In this document: one piece after another, positions 31,094 to 40,925 of the stretch
Numbering within the stretch: the stretch's first letter is position 1
Layout of the letters: the number at the start of each line of letters is the position of its first letter
Origin: Nostoc sp.
Lineage (GTDB): Bacteria > Cyanobacteriota > Cyanobacteriia > Cyanobacteriales > Nostocaceae
DNA length: 64,000 nt
Reading direction: 5' to 3'
Assembly (NCBI GenBank): GCA_036918135.1
Contig: JBALDB010000056.1
Span: 288,001-352,000 of the forward strand
Program-made: the position numbers and the translations under genes
The notes under the pieces: model-generated
Database searches by the model: none
What the model was told of the DNA's origin: nothing
The model's input: the letters and a program-made list of their open reading frames with translations, nothing else

Positions 31094-32317
31094 ATGCAGT
31101 TGACAGTTGATAGTGGACAGTTGCCAGTAGGTTGGGAAATCAAATATTTAGATAAACTTTGTGAAAATCTAGATAGCAAACGAGTACCTATCACAAAGTC
31201 TTCAAGAAAATCTGGCAACATTCCCTATTATGGTGCTTCTGGTATTGTTGATTACGTTGATGATTACATTTTTGATGAAGATTTACTTTTAGTGTCTGAA
31301 GATGGTGCGAATCTTTTGGCAAGAAGCTATCCAATAGCATTCTCAATTACAGGTAAAACGTGGGTAAATAACCACGCTCATGTACTCCACTTTGAAGAAA
31401 AAATCACACAGAGTTTCATTGAATATTATTTAAATTCCATCTCCCTTAAGCCGTATGTAAGTGGTATGGCTCAACCAAAACTCAGTCAAAAATCACTAAA
31501 CTCAATACCCATTCCATTTCCACCGCTCTCCAAACAAAAGCGGATTGTGGCGATTTTGGATGAGGCGTTTGAGGGGATTGATAGAGCGATCACCAACACC
31601 GAAAAAAACTTCACCAACGCCCGCGAACTATTTGAAAGCTATCTAAACGCCATCTTCATACAGAAAGGCGACGGATGGGAGGAGAAAACACTCAAGCAAG
31701 TATCAATTCAATTTGGTAGAGGAAAATCAAGACATCGACCAAGAAATGATCAGAAACTTTATAGCGGTAAATATCCATTTATACAAACAGGAGATATCCG
31801 CAATTCAAATCATATTGTAACAAGTTATTTGCAAACTTATAACGAAGTAGGACTAGCTCAAAGCAAGTTGTGGCCTAAAGGAACAGTATGTATAACTATT
31901 GCTGCCAATATAGCAGAAACAGGTGTATTGGATTTTGAAGCTTGTATTCCTGATAGTGTTATTGGTTTAGTCGTTGATTTAAACAAAGCAAATAATATGT
32001 TTGTCGAGTATATGTTACAAGCATTCAAGCTTTTTCTAAAAGCAAAAGGAAAAGGCAGCGCCCAAGATAATATTAATATGGGAACATTTGAAGCACAGAC
32101 ATTTCCATTTCCTTCGATTGATGAGCAAGAAATAATTGTTGCAAGATTAGATTTTATCTCTACAGAAACACAACGCCTCGAAGCCATCTACAAACTAAAA
32201 ATTACCGCCCTCAACGAACTCAAACAATCCATCCTGCAAAAAGCATTCACAGGCGAACTCACCGCAGACACCGCCAACCAAACAACAAAAGCCGCTCAAG
32301 AGGTAAATGCTGCATGA
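31094..32317 (+). CDS. hsdS: Type I R-M specificity subunit HsdS
   Basis: Two TRDs and two conserved repeats (PPLSKQKRIVAILD, PSIDEQEIIVARLD, LKQSILQKAFTGEL); start codon uncertain. Confidence 0.92.
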   Translation: MQLTVDSGQLPVGWEIKYLDKLCENLDSKRVPITKSSRKSGNIPYYGASGIVDYVDDYIFDEDLLLVSEDGANLLARSYPIAFSITGKTWVNNHAHVLHFEEKITQSFIEYYLNSISLKPYVSGMAQPKLSQKSLNSIPIPFPPLSKQKRIVAILDEAFEGIDRAITNTEKNFTNARELFESYLNAIFIQKGDGWEEKTLKQVSIQFGRGKSRHRPRNDQKLYSGKYPFIQTGDIRNSNHIVTSYLQTYNEVGLAQSKLWPKGTVCITIAANIAETGVLDFEACIPDSVIGLVVDLNKANNMFVEYMLQAFKLFLKAKGKGSAQDNINMGTFEAQTFPFPSIDEQEIIVARLDFISTETQRLEAIYKLKITALNELKQSILQKAFTGELTADTANQTTKAAQEVNAA

Positions 32318-33208
32318 TTACCCTTGAAAACCTTGAAAAATGGCTGAATGCACCCGCAGAAATAGAACGGCTAGAATTCAAAGAAGCCAAGCAACAGTAT
32401 GATACAACCAAATTGTTGCGCTACTGCGTGGCTTTAGCCAATGAAGGTGGTGGATATCTGGTTTTGGGCGTAACTGACAAGCCTCCTCGTCGAGTCGTAG
32501 GTTCTCAAGCCTTTGCTTCCCTAACCGATCTCAACGATATCAAAGCTCGCATTGTGGAGAAACTCAGATTTTGTCCACTCAGCAGCACCGCAAAATCGCT
32601 TTATCGAGGAAGTTGTGCGAGAAGAAGTAAAAATGTTCCCGGAACAGGCTTTACGAGAACTCATTGCTAATGCTTTGGTGCATCAGGATGTTCTAGCAAC
32701 AGGTACTTCAGTGATGATCGAGATGTATAGCGATCGCATTGAGATATCTAATCCCGGCATTCCGCCTATTAAGGTGGAGCGATTTATTGATGAAAATCGC
32801 TCCCGTAACGAACAACTCGCAGACATGATGCGACGTTTCGGTATATGTGAAGAAAAAGGCAGTGGCATTGACAAAGTTGTAAGCGCAGCAGAAGTCTTTC
32901 AACTACCCGCGCCAGATTTTCGAGTAGGTGACACACGCACTACAGCAGTGCTGTTTGCCCATCAGGATTTTGCCAATATGAGCAAAACAGACCGAATTCG
33001 AGCCTGCTACCAACATTGTTGTCTGCTGTATGTCAGCAATCAACGAATGTCCAACCAAACCCTACGGGAGCGTTTCCGTCTAAGTGACTCGCAAGTAGCA
33101 ACCGTTTCTCTGATTATAGGAGCTACCAAAGAAGCTGGCTTGATCAAGGCTGACGAATCCGAATCAACCTCTACCCGCTATGCTCGCTATCTCCCTTTTT
33201 GGGCATAA
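32314..33208 (+). pseudogene. Schlafen/AlbA_2 plus RecG-C/HATPase-like protein, split by an internal deletion or frameshift
   Basis: N-part LEFKEA...ALANEGGGYLVLGV (AlbA_2); C-part ALRELIANALVHQD, RIEISNPG, EEKGSGI, YLPFWA in a different frame; junction near 32570. Confidence 0.8.
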
Positions 33209-33405
33209 AAGTGTTTTAACGCAAACCGAGATGAGTCACTCCCAAATCCTCAAACCCTTGCAAAATCAACAAAAAAGTGTTTTAACGCAAATCCTCAAAC
33301 CCGTGCATAACCAATAAAAAAGTGTTTTAACGCAAATCGAGGTGAGTCACTCTCAAATCCTCAAACCCGTGCAGAATCAACAAAAAAGTGTTTTAAAGCA
33401 AATCG
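33207..33405 (+). repeat. Tandem repeat with core AAAAGTGTTTTAACGCAAA (4 cores; periods 66, 45 and 66 bp)
   Basis: GTGTTTTAA cores at 33211, 33277, 33322 and 33388; shared CAAATCCTCAAACCC and TGAGTCACT blocks. Confidence 0.9.
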
Positions 33406-33418
33406 AGATCAGCGAAAT

Positions 33419-35752
33419 ATGAACGAAGCCGAAACCCGCGCCGAACTAATTGACCCCGCATTAAAAGCCGCAGACTGGGGAGTTACCGAAGGTAGTCGCA
33501 TCCGCCGTGAAGTTATTGCCCCTGGTCGCTTAGTTGGCAATGGTAAACGCGCTCAATCAGACATCGCCGATTATGTGCTGGTTTATCGTGGTGAAAAACT
33601 CGCCGTCATCGAAGCGAAAAAACGCGACTTACCAGATACCGCAGGTTTAGGGCAAGCCAAAAAATACGCCGAAAAGTTGCAAACTCGATTTGCCTACTCT
33701 ACAAATGGCATCGGTATCTACCAAGTAGATATGCACACAGGGGCAGAAGGCTACATCAAGCAATATCCCACCCCGGATCAACTTTGGTCAGCCATTTTTA
33801 GCAAAGATAATGAGTGGCGCGATCGCTTTGCTGCCATCCCCTTTGAAGACAAAAGCGGTACATGGGAAGCCCGTTATTATCAACACAATGCCATTAAGCA
33901 CGTCCTAGAAGCGATCTGCCAAGGACAAGACCGGATTTTGTTAACGATGGCAACTGGCACGGGTAAAACATTCATAGCCTTCCAACTCGCCTGGAAACTC
34001 TTTCAAAGCCGTTGGAATCTCAGCCGACAACCCACCCGTCGCCCGCGAATTTTGTTTTTAAGCGATCGCAATATTTTAGCCAACCAAGCCTATAACTCTT
34101 TCTCTGCCTTCCCCGATGATGCTCTTGTCCGCATCGACCCCGAAGCCATCAAAAAACGCGGTCGAGTCCCCAAAAATGGCAGTATTTTTTTTACCATATT
34201 CCAGACCTTTATGACTGGACGGGACGAGGCTGGCAATCCTACGCCCAAATTCAGCGACTATCCCCCCGACTTCTTTGACTTCATCATCATTGATGAATGT
34301 CACCGAGGCGGAGCCAGTGATGAAAGCACCTGGCGAGGCATTTTAGAATACTTCTCCCCAGCAGTACAACTGGGACTCACCGCCACCCCCAGACGCGCCA
34401 ACAACGCAGACACATACGCTTACTTCGGTGAGCCAGTCTATACCTACGCCCTCAAAGACGGCATCAATGACGGGTTTCTTACTCCCTTTAAAGTTAGGCA
34501 AATCGAAACTACCCTGGATGAATATATTTACAGCACCGAAGATGAATTAATCGAAGGTGCAGTAGACGAAGCCAGAACCTATACTGAAGACGACTTCAAC
34601 CGCATCATCGAAATTGCCGATCGCGAACGTTACCGAGTGCAACTGTTCATGGAAGAAATTGACCAGAATCAAAAAACTCTGGTGTTTTGCGCCAACCAAC
34701 CCCACGCTTTAGCTGTGCGGGATTTAATCAACCAAATGAAGATTAGCAGTAACCCTAATTACTGTGTCCGCGTTACCGCTGATGATGGGAAATTAGGCGA
34801 ACAGCACCTCAGCACCTTTCAAGACAACGAGAAAACTATTCCCACCATTCTCACCACTTCTCAAAAGCTTTCCACTGGGGTTGATGCCCGAAACGTTCGT
34901 AACATTGTGCTGATGCGTCCCATCAACTCAATGATTGAATTTAAGCAAATAATCGGTCGCGGTACTCGCCTATTTGAGGGGAAAGACTACTTCACTATTT
35001 ATGATTTTGTCAAAGCTTACGAACACTTCAACGATCCTGAATGGGATGGCGAACCCCAAGAACCTGTAGTAATCAAAAAGCCTGGAGGTACAGATGCAAC
35101 CAAAGGTTTCATAAAAGATACTAACAAAGGTAGCGTGGAAACACCAGAAGAACGCCGCCCTCAAAAAATCAAAATCAAACTCGCTGATGGCAAAGAACGT
35201 TTCTTCCAGCATCAGATGTCTACCACCTTTTGGAGTCCAGACGGTAAACCCATGAGCGCTACAGAATTTGTGCAACGTCTCTTTGGTGAAATTCCTGAAC
35301 TATTCACAGATGAAAACGAATTAAGAGCAATCTGGAGTCGCCCTGACACCCGTAGAGCTTTATTAGAAGGGCTGGCAGAGAAGGGCTACGGGGAAGAACA
35401 ACTCACAGAAATTAGCCGCCTAATTGATGCCGAGAAAAGCGATCTATATGATGTCCTAGCTTATATCGCCTATGCCTCTCCACCCATTAGCCGCCGAGAG
35501 CGTGTCCTAGCTCACAAATCATTAATTTTCTCGCGCTATATTGGCAAACAGCAAGAATTTCTCGACTTTATACTCGAACAATACATCAAAGCTGGGGTGG
35601 GAGAACTTGATCGCACTAAATTACCTCAACTGTTAGAGTTGAAATATCATACTGTTCGTGATGCCGTTGAAGAACTAGGAAGCGTTGCGAATATCAGTCA
35701 AGTATTTATTGGGTTTCAGCAGTATTTATATTCACACGACAGAGTGGCTTAA
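33419..35752 (+). CDS. hsdR: Type I R-M restriction subunit HsdR (EcoEI/type IB-like)
   Basis: ADYVL...VIEAKK nuclease, MATGTGKT, DECHRG, LTATP, QIIGRGTR. Confidence 0.92.
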   Translation: MNEAETRAELIDPALKAADWGVTEGSRIRREVIAPGRLVGNGKRAQSDIADYVLVYRGEKLAVIEAKKRDLPDTAGLGQAKKYAEKLQTRFAYSTNGIGIYQVDMHTGAEGYIKQYPTPDQLWSAIFSKDNEWRDRFAAIPFEDKSGTWEARYYQHNAIKHVLEAICQGQDRILLTMATGTGKTFIAFQLAWKLFQSRWNLSRQPTRRPRILFLSDRNILANQAYNSFSAFPDDALVRIDPEAIKKRGRVPKNGSIFFTIFQTFMTGRDEAGNPTPKFSDYPPDFFDFIIIDECHRGGASDESTWRGILEYFSPAVQLGLTATPRRANNADTYAYFGEPVYTYALKDGINDGFLTPFKVRQIETTLDEYIYSTEDELIEGAVDEARTYTEDDFNRIIEIADRERYRVQLFMEEIDQNQKTLVFCANQPHALAVRDLINQMKISSNPNYCVRVTADDGKLGEQHLSTFQDNEKTIPTILTTSQKLSTGVDARNVRNIVLMRPINSMIEFKQIIGRGTRLFEGKDYFTIYDFVKAYEHFNDPEWDGEPQEPVVIKKPGGTDATKGFIKDTNKGSVETPEERRPQKIKIKLADGKERFFQHQMSTTFWSPDGKPMSATEFVQRLFGEIPELFTDENELRAIWSRPDTRRALLEGLAEKGYGEEQLTEISRLIDAEKSDLYDVLAYIAYASPPISRRERVLAHKSLIFSRYIGKQQEFLDFILEQYIKAGVGELDRTKLPQLLELKYHTVRDAVEELGSVANISQVFIGFQQYLYSHDRVA

Positions 35753-35952
35753 TTGTGCAGGTCGCTACAATTAAGCACCCCAGTTAGCTGATTAACTCAA
35801 AGCTACATAATCATGGCTAAAAATGGCGATCGCCTATCAAATCAAAATACTTCAAAGCTATTAATTTGTATGTATAAATTAAAACTTACTCCTTATATTC
35901 TATCTTTTCAGTTCTTCGCAGTTGGATACTTAGTGATATAACAACATAGACT

Positions 35953-36210
35953 CTACGAAACTACATTAACAATAGAACTAACTTTGCCATCATCAGGTAT
36001 ATATTCTAAAAGGTCTCCAGGTTGACAATCTAACGCCATACAAATGCCATTTAACCTTTCTGGGGCTAATCGTGGCATTTCGTCAACCTTACGCAGCCTG
36101 TATACCGAATTTTCAGTAATTCCTAAGGCCGCAGCTAAATCCTTGTTCCTCAACCGCTTTCGCGCCATCACTTCATTTAATTTCCAACGAATCACTTTAT
36201 CCATAGGCAT
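35953..36210 (-). CDS. Xre/Cro-family HTH regulator
   Basis: IRWKLNEVMA...LAAALGIT...ICMALDCQPGDLLEY. Confidence 0.85.
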   Translation of the reverse strand: MPMDKVIRWKLNEVMARKRLRNKDLAAALGITENSVYRLRKVDEMPRLAPERLNGICMALDCQPGDLLEYIPDDGKVSSIVNVVS

Positions 36211-36307
36211 ATCACTACATCCCCAGTTTAGTGGCTGTTAGATGTAGATTTCTCTACTTGTCAGTATATAAAATTACAAATATATTTATAACATTCTAAG
36301 TTTTATA

Positions 36308-36345
36308 AATCTACGTTTGACGCAAATCTACACGTCACGTAGATT
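36308..36345 (+). promoter_or_regulatory. Promoter overlapped by palindromic operators
   Basis: TTGACG (36317)-17 bp-TAGATT (36340); palindrome AATCTAC-N7-GTAGATT at 36325-36345 and a degenerate copy from 36308. Confidence 0.6.
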
Positions 36346-36425
36346 AATTGATAGACAAAAGCGATCGCTCTCCGGGAAGAGTCCGCGATCGCCTTTTGTA
36401 AAACCCCATTGATGAGGTTACTTAG

Positions 36426-36728
36426 ATGATTGTACAAGAAGAGTTTGATAACCAAGCCTTGGCTCAATCAGAGTTTGAGGGCTACGTTGACCAACTAGCA
36501 GACCCAGCACCCCCAGAAATAGAAATTGATTCCATAAACGATGATTTGGGAGAACTTTATCGAGTTTGGAACGGTTCACAATTGTTAGGTACTTTTTATC
36601 AAAATCTGGAGGGTAAATGGATAGCGCAGCCTTGTAATAAAGATGAAAGACCCTGTTTTGATACTCCTTTGCAAGCACAGTTAATCATCATAGCTGTTAA
36701 TGGCTTGCTGGTTGCAGATGTAGCATAA
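36426..36728 (+). CDS. Hypothetical acidic protein divergent from the Xre gene
   Basis: 100-aa ORF with GAGG RBS, upstream promoter and downstream terminator. Confidence 0.7.
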   Translation: MIVQEEFDNQALAQSEFEGYVDQLADPAPPEIEIDSINDDLGELYRVWNGSQLLGTFYQNLEGKWIAQPCNKDERPCFDTPLQAQLIIIAVNGLLVADVA

Positions 36729-36753
36729 CCCTTAAAAAATTTTCCCATCGCCT

Positions 36754-36785
36754 AGAGACGCGGTTCGTACCCGTCTCTTTTTTAT
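36754..36785 (+). terminator. Intrinsic terminator
   Basis: AGAGACG...CGTCTCT hairpin followed by a T-run. Confidence 0.65.
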
Positions 36786-36843
36786 TTATGAGTGGCAGTG
36801 CGATCGCATCTCTAAATATTCAAGATTCGCAAGAATCAAAATA

Positions 36844-36880
36844 GCAAAAGGTCAGAATGTAGAAATTCCTGACCTTTTAC
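36844..36880 (-). terminator. Hairpin terminator of the tRNA-mimic RNA
   Basis: Minus strand AAAAGGTCAGGAAT-TTCTAC-ATTCTGACCTTTT followed by a T-rich tail. Confidence 0.65.
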
Positions 36881-36983
36881 TGATGAAACTCGGCTGCTCT
36901 ACCAACTGAGCTACAGCCCCTTCTTATGGAACTGACGGGACTCGAACCCGTGACCCACCGAATGACTTAAAAACTTCAACGTA
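36879..36983 (-). ncRNA. Circularly permuted tRNA-like RNA (YrlA/Y-RNA-like)
   Basis: Minus strand: TCGGT-GGGTC-ACGGG TTCGAGT CCCGT-CAGTTCCA (3' half), loop TAAGAA, then GGGGCTG-TA-GCTC AGTTGGTA GAGC-A-GCCGA (5' half); the halves pair in acceptor and anticodon stems; -10-like TATATT at 36995-36990. Confidence 0.8.
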
Positions 36984-37095
36984 CTTATAAATATAGCGAA
37001 ATCAGCTTCCTATTTACATGGTCAATCACCGAAGTTTTAGGTAGAGAAAACCGATTAAGTCAATAATATAGCGATGAAGAGATTTGCCTAAAATT

Positions 37096-40000
37096 TTAAG
37101 CATCTTCTCCCCAACGACGAATCAAATCTTTAGAGTTAGTAGTTCTCAAGCCATCACTTGTGTAAAACACAGTTGCACACCAGTCTCGATACATTCTTTT
37201 TTCATTGGACAGGGCAATTAGTGGATAGGATGGTTGACGATATATCTGAATTCCCCAAGCCAAAGTTAAATTTCTTGCAGTTAAGGCATCAATAACTACA
37301 TCACGACGAGCAACAAGAAGATGGCACTGATACTTCTCCCAACTTTCGCCAGGTTGTTTTAGGGTAAAAGCTAAAACTTCACCAGCAGCATTCAAAAATT
37401 GTCCTTGGTGAAAGTCAACAACCCCCAAGATTTTTCTCAGCCACTTTGCTGGCATCCATTCCTCTGCTTCACCATCTGGGCTGCGCCAATAAACTTTGCA
37501 GGTTCCCGCCAGTAAGGGAACGGTTTTGGATTGTCCGACTGAATTATTTACTTCATGAGGAATAATCCCTTCTTCCTCTGGAATCCAAGATGCCCAAACG
37601 ACCTCACATGGATCTTTGTAAAAATTCATGGCATCTACAATTGCCTGAAAATCATATAACTCTCTTGTTTTTCTATCACTCACGCTTTCTTGCATGAGGG
37701 ACGATGCGAATCGTGGGAAAGCGTAGCTTGCTCCCCAGAAAGTTGATTCAGCTTGGCTATCCACATTCCGCCTCTTTATATATGCCCTCAAGACTAACCA
37801 TTCATGGTCTTTTGCCCAATCTGGCAATTGCCTTGATTCAGGCAAAAGCAATGGCTCAATTGGTGGTAAAGGTGCTGTTTGTACCCACTTATTGACACGA
37901 TCAATTTGAAGTGGTTCAGTTAAGTCAACATCTGGAATAAGCTCTGAAAAATCTAAAATGGCATCAGAATTTAACTGGCTGTACCCAATATCAGTTGCTG
38001 GATTATTCACCTCAACCAAAAGTCCTAGATTCACAGGAGGTTCATAAGCTTTCTTGTTCCAATCATAAGCTGTGACACGATCAGCTAAAAAACCAGTGAG
38101 TTCGTGTGTGGCTGCCCAAACATATTTCTCGCCGAAGGTAGCCATTGAACTTTGGTCTCCGTGTGTTGCTTGGCTATACTGACGCAAAATTGCAATATCT
38201 GCCCCCAAAATCTCACCAGGCTTATCACCTTGAGGATTTCCAATGAAAACATCTTCAGACCAGCCGAGATTTAAAGCATAAGCGCGAACAAAAGCAAACG
38301 CAAGCTGCTTGTGAGTTAAGTCTGGAAGGTCATAAGCTATGCCATGACGTTTCAGACAGGCTTTAGCTGACGGAGAGAAACAAACAGAAGAGACTGATTC
38401 TTCTGATTCTTCCTGCTGTTCAGAAAATTCACTATCTTCATCCAATAAAGTCACTTGGATGTTGATTTCTAAAAATGAATCATCCATTTGCTCATCTTCA
38501 TCATTACTGTCTTCATCAACATCTGTGTACCTCGAATGAGCCATTCTTGTAAAATGGCTGTTTTCAAAAAAAGGTTCTATAGCTTTAGGTACAACATACC
38601 AAGCGAGATCACGAGTAACTGGGTCAATACCGTGATGTTCATTAATACTGCTAACACAATCCCTATCGACTGGGAGTAATTCGTTTGCATTTACATACGG
38701 TTTGCGTAGATGTATTAGAAGCTTTGCTGAGATTAAAACACCACACGCAAGACATCTATCAATAATGCTATGAGCGCAGTGCCTGATAATTAAGTTATGT
38801 GTACGATATGGTGCGCTGGGAGTGAAAAAGCTGTCAATTATCCACTCGCACAGTGGTATCCATGTTTCATTGGGACGAATAAGGCAAGAAGCACCATAAG
38901 CAGCTACCAATAGATCCTCCCTCATTTGAGGATCATTAGTTTGAAAGGCAGTTTCTAGAAGTGCTAGAAGTTCAATTGATTTGTTATGACCCCAGGCTGC
39001 AAGAGCCGACCGAATTCGTCTTCGGTTATCGTTATTAACAGTGGTAGTTGCCCACGCTAAAAGCAATGGTGCTGAGTCCCAAGGATCATCTTCTGCCAAT
39101 TCAAGTTCTTCCAAAACCGCAGAGGCATATCCTTCCCATTTAGCACCATGATTACGAGGTACTAGATGCGGCCCAGACCAGAATAAATCTCTCTCTGCCA
39201 CTCCCATAGGCAAAAGAGCATGATGTACAAATTTTGCACTGTACATATAGCTAGGAATTCTTAGCCCAGGAACGATCAGAATTTCTGAAACTCTGCGGCA
39301 GGTTGGCATATTTCGGCTAAACAGCTTAAGCACCCATTCTCGATATGCTTCTACTTCTTGAGAAGGCATCATCGAAAGTGCCATGAGTTGAACATCTTCT
39401 CGATCCTGACCTGTTAAGTTGTTTTTCCACAATTCTGAAGTAAAGAAATTATGACCATCCCTTCCAAGGAGATAGACTGCTAATCTGATAGATGCTGGCC
39501 TATCCACCAGATATATTGGCATATCAGGACTATTGGGCGATTCTTTAAAATTTTGATAAGCCTCCCATGCCAACAGAAAATCTGTCAAAGTTTCGTATGC
39601 TGGCTCCCAAGTGTGGACTTCTGGCTCGAAAGGATCGTCAGAAGGCAAACTTCTGAGCATTAGTAGCCCTTGATCGCGGCATTGGTGAAGAATTTGCAAC
39701 AGTTGTGGACGAGTTAAAATACCTTTTGGTGACTGTGCTGATTCAACCACTTGCATTGCCTCCTCTTCTAGCAATGCTGCTCCTTTTGCAAAGCTGGCTT
39801 TTGCGATCGCACGGAGAGAGGTACTAACTGGTTTTATATCTCTAGGCCAGTCTTCACCTTCACGCTCCCTGATAGAAAGTTCCGCGTTATTAATTTTCCG
39901 CTTAATTAATTCGACTAAGGAAAAATTTTGTTCTGAAATGTTGTCAATTATTTGCCCTCGATACAATTCAGCAAAAAGGCGAATTGCTAGTGGGGTTCGC

Positions 40001-40793
40001 AACGCCCACCGCAGAAGAGGTGGACATTGAATGCCATTAATTTGACAATGTGCTTTAAAAACATACGCAAGTGGTGCGTCAGAACCTCTCAACCAAATCC
40101 TATTAATATTCCTCGGTAGAGAAATTCGCTGAACCAAACTTGGCCGAACTGAGAATGCAAATAAGATTCTTGGATATTGTTGAGCTACTACAGCTAGTTC
40201 CCCAAGTTTCTTTGCCCAACGTTCTGCTCTAGTTGTCTCATCTAAACCATCTACTGCAATCAACACTCGAACTAGCAAACGTTCTGATATATCAACAGCG
40301 TTGGTAACGGAACGAACTTCAGGGCTAGTAGAGAAGCAATCCGAGTTTCATCCCATAAATCAACAGTGATCCCTGGATGAGTTGTCTTAGCAGAATTTAT
40401 GAATTTATTCCAGCGATCGCGTTCAGTGTCAACTCTTTGTCCGTTTTTACCAATTCTTCTGACATCACTCAAGTCACGAGGAACCACAACTACGTATCTT
40501 ACTAACCCACTCCTTTGAGTCGCAGCTGTGCTAAGTGAACCTTTAATCTGACTAATTTGAGAAGATTCAAGCGGTTCTCTAAACCATTTTGCCTGTAATC
40601 CAATGATATCCCCATTATTCAACCGAGCATACGCTTCAACGCCGCCATCTCCTCCAGCCCCATTAACAAATATGACCTGCCTAACCTGTGAAGGATATTC
40701 ACGGTGACACCATCGCTCGAAAATTATTCCTGTTAGAGACTCAAAAGCACGTTGAGGAGCATCGCCATGAAGATTGAAGCTAGACCAGTCCAA
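37096..40793 (-). pseudogene. Avs/STAND-like antiviral NTPase with N-terminal PD-(D/E)xK nuclease, split by an internal deletion
   Basis: 40793-40272 encodes AFESL...GDGGVEAY...LQAKWF (nuclease); 40278-37096 begins at Walker-B-like LIAVDGLDE and contains RTPLAIRLF and FGEKYVWAA; no Walker A in either ORF. Confidence 0.6.
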
Positions 40794-40925
40794 TTTTCCC
40801 TAAACCTTGTTTTCAAGACGAATTTTACTTTATTGCAATTTTATCTCTAGAATTCTGCCGTGTCTGGGTGACAAATACTACTGTATTTGTTTCATAGACA
40901 TATATTTTTATTAGACATCTAGAGG

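Noticed and set aside
33207..33405. Possible mini CRISPR array
   Set aside because: The sequences between the cores are copies of each other, not unique spacers, and the periods are irregular.
36879..36983. Ordinary tRNA gene or two-piece tmRNA
   Set aside because: The halves are in reversed order with no anticodon loop. A canonical D-stem is present, and no tag ORF or pseudoknot region fits before the terminator, unlike tmRNA. The apparent CCA is C71-C72-A73, not an encoded tail.
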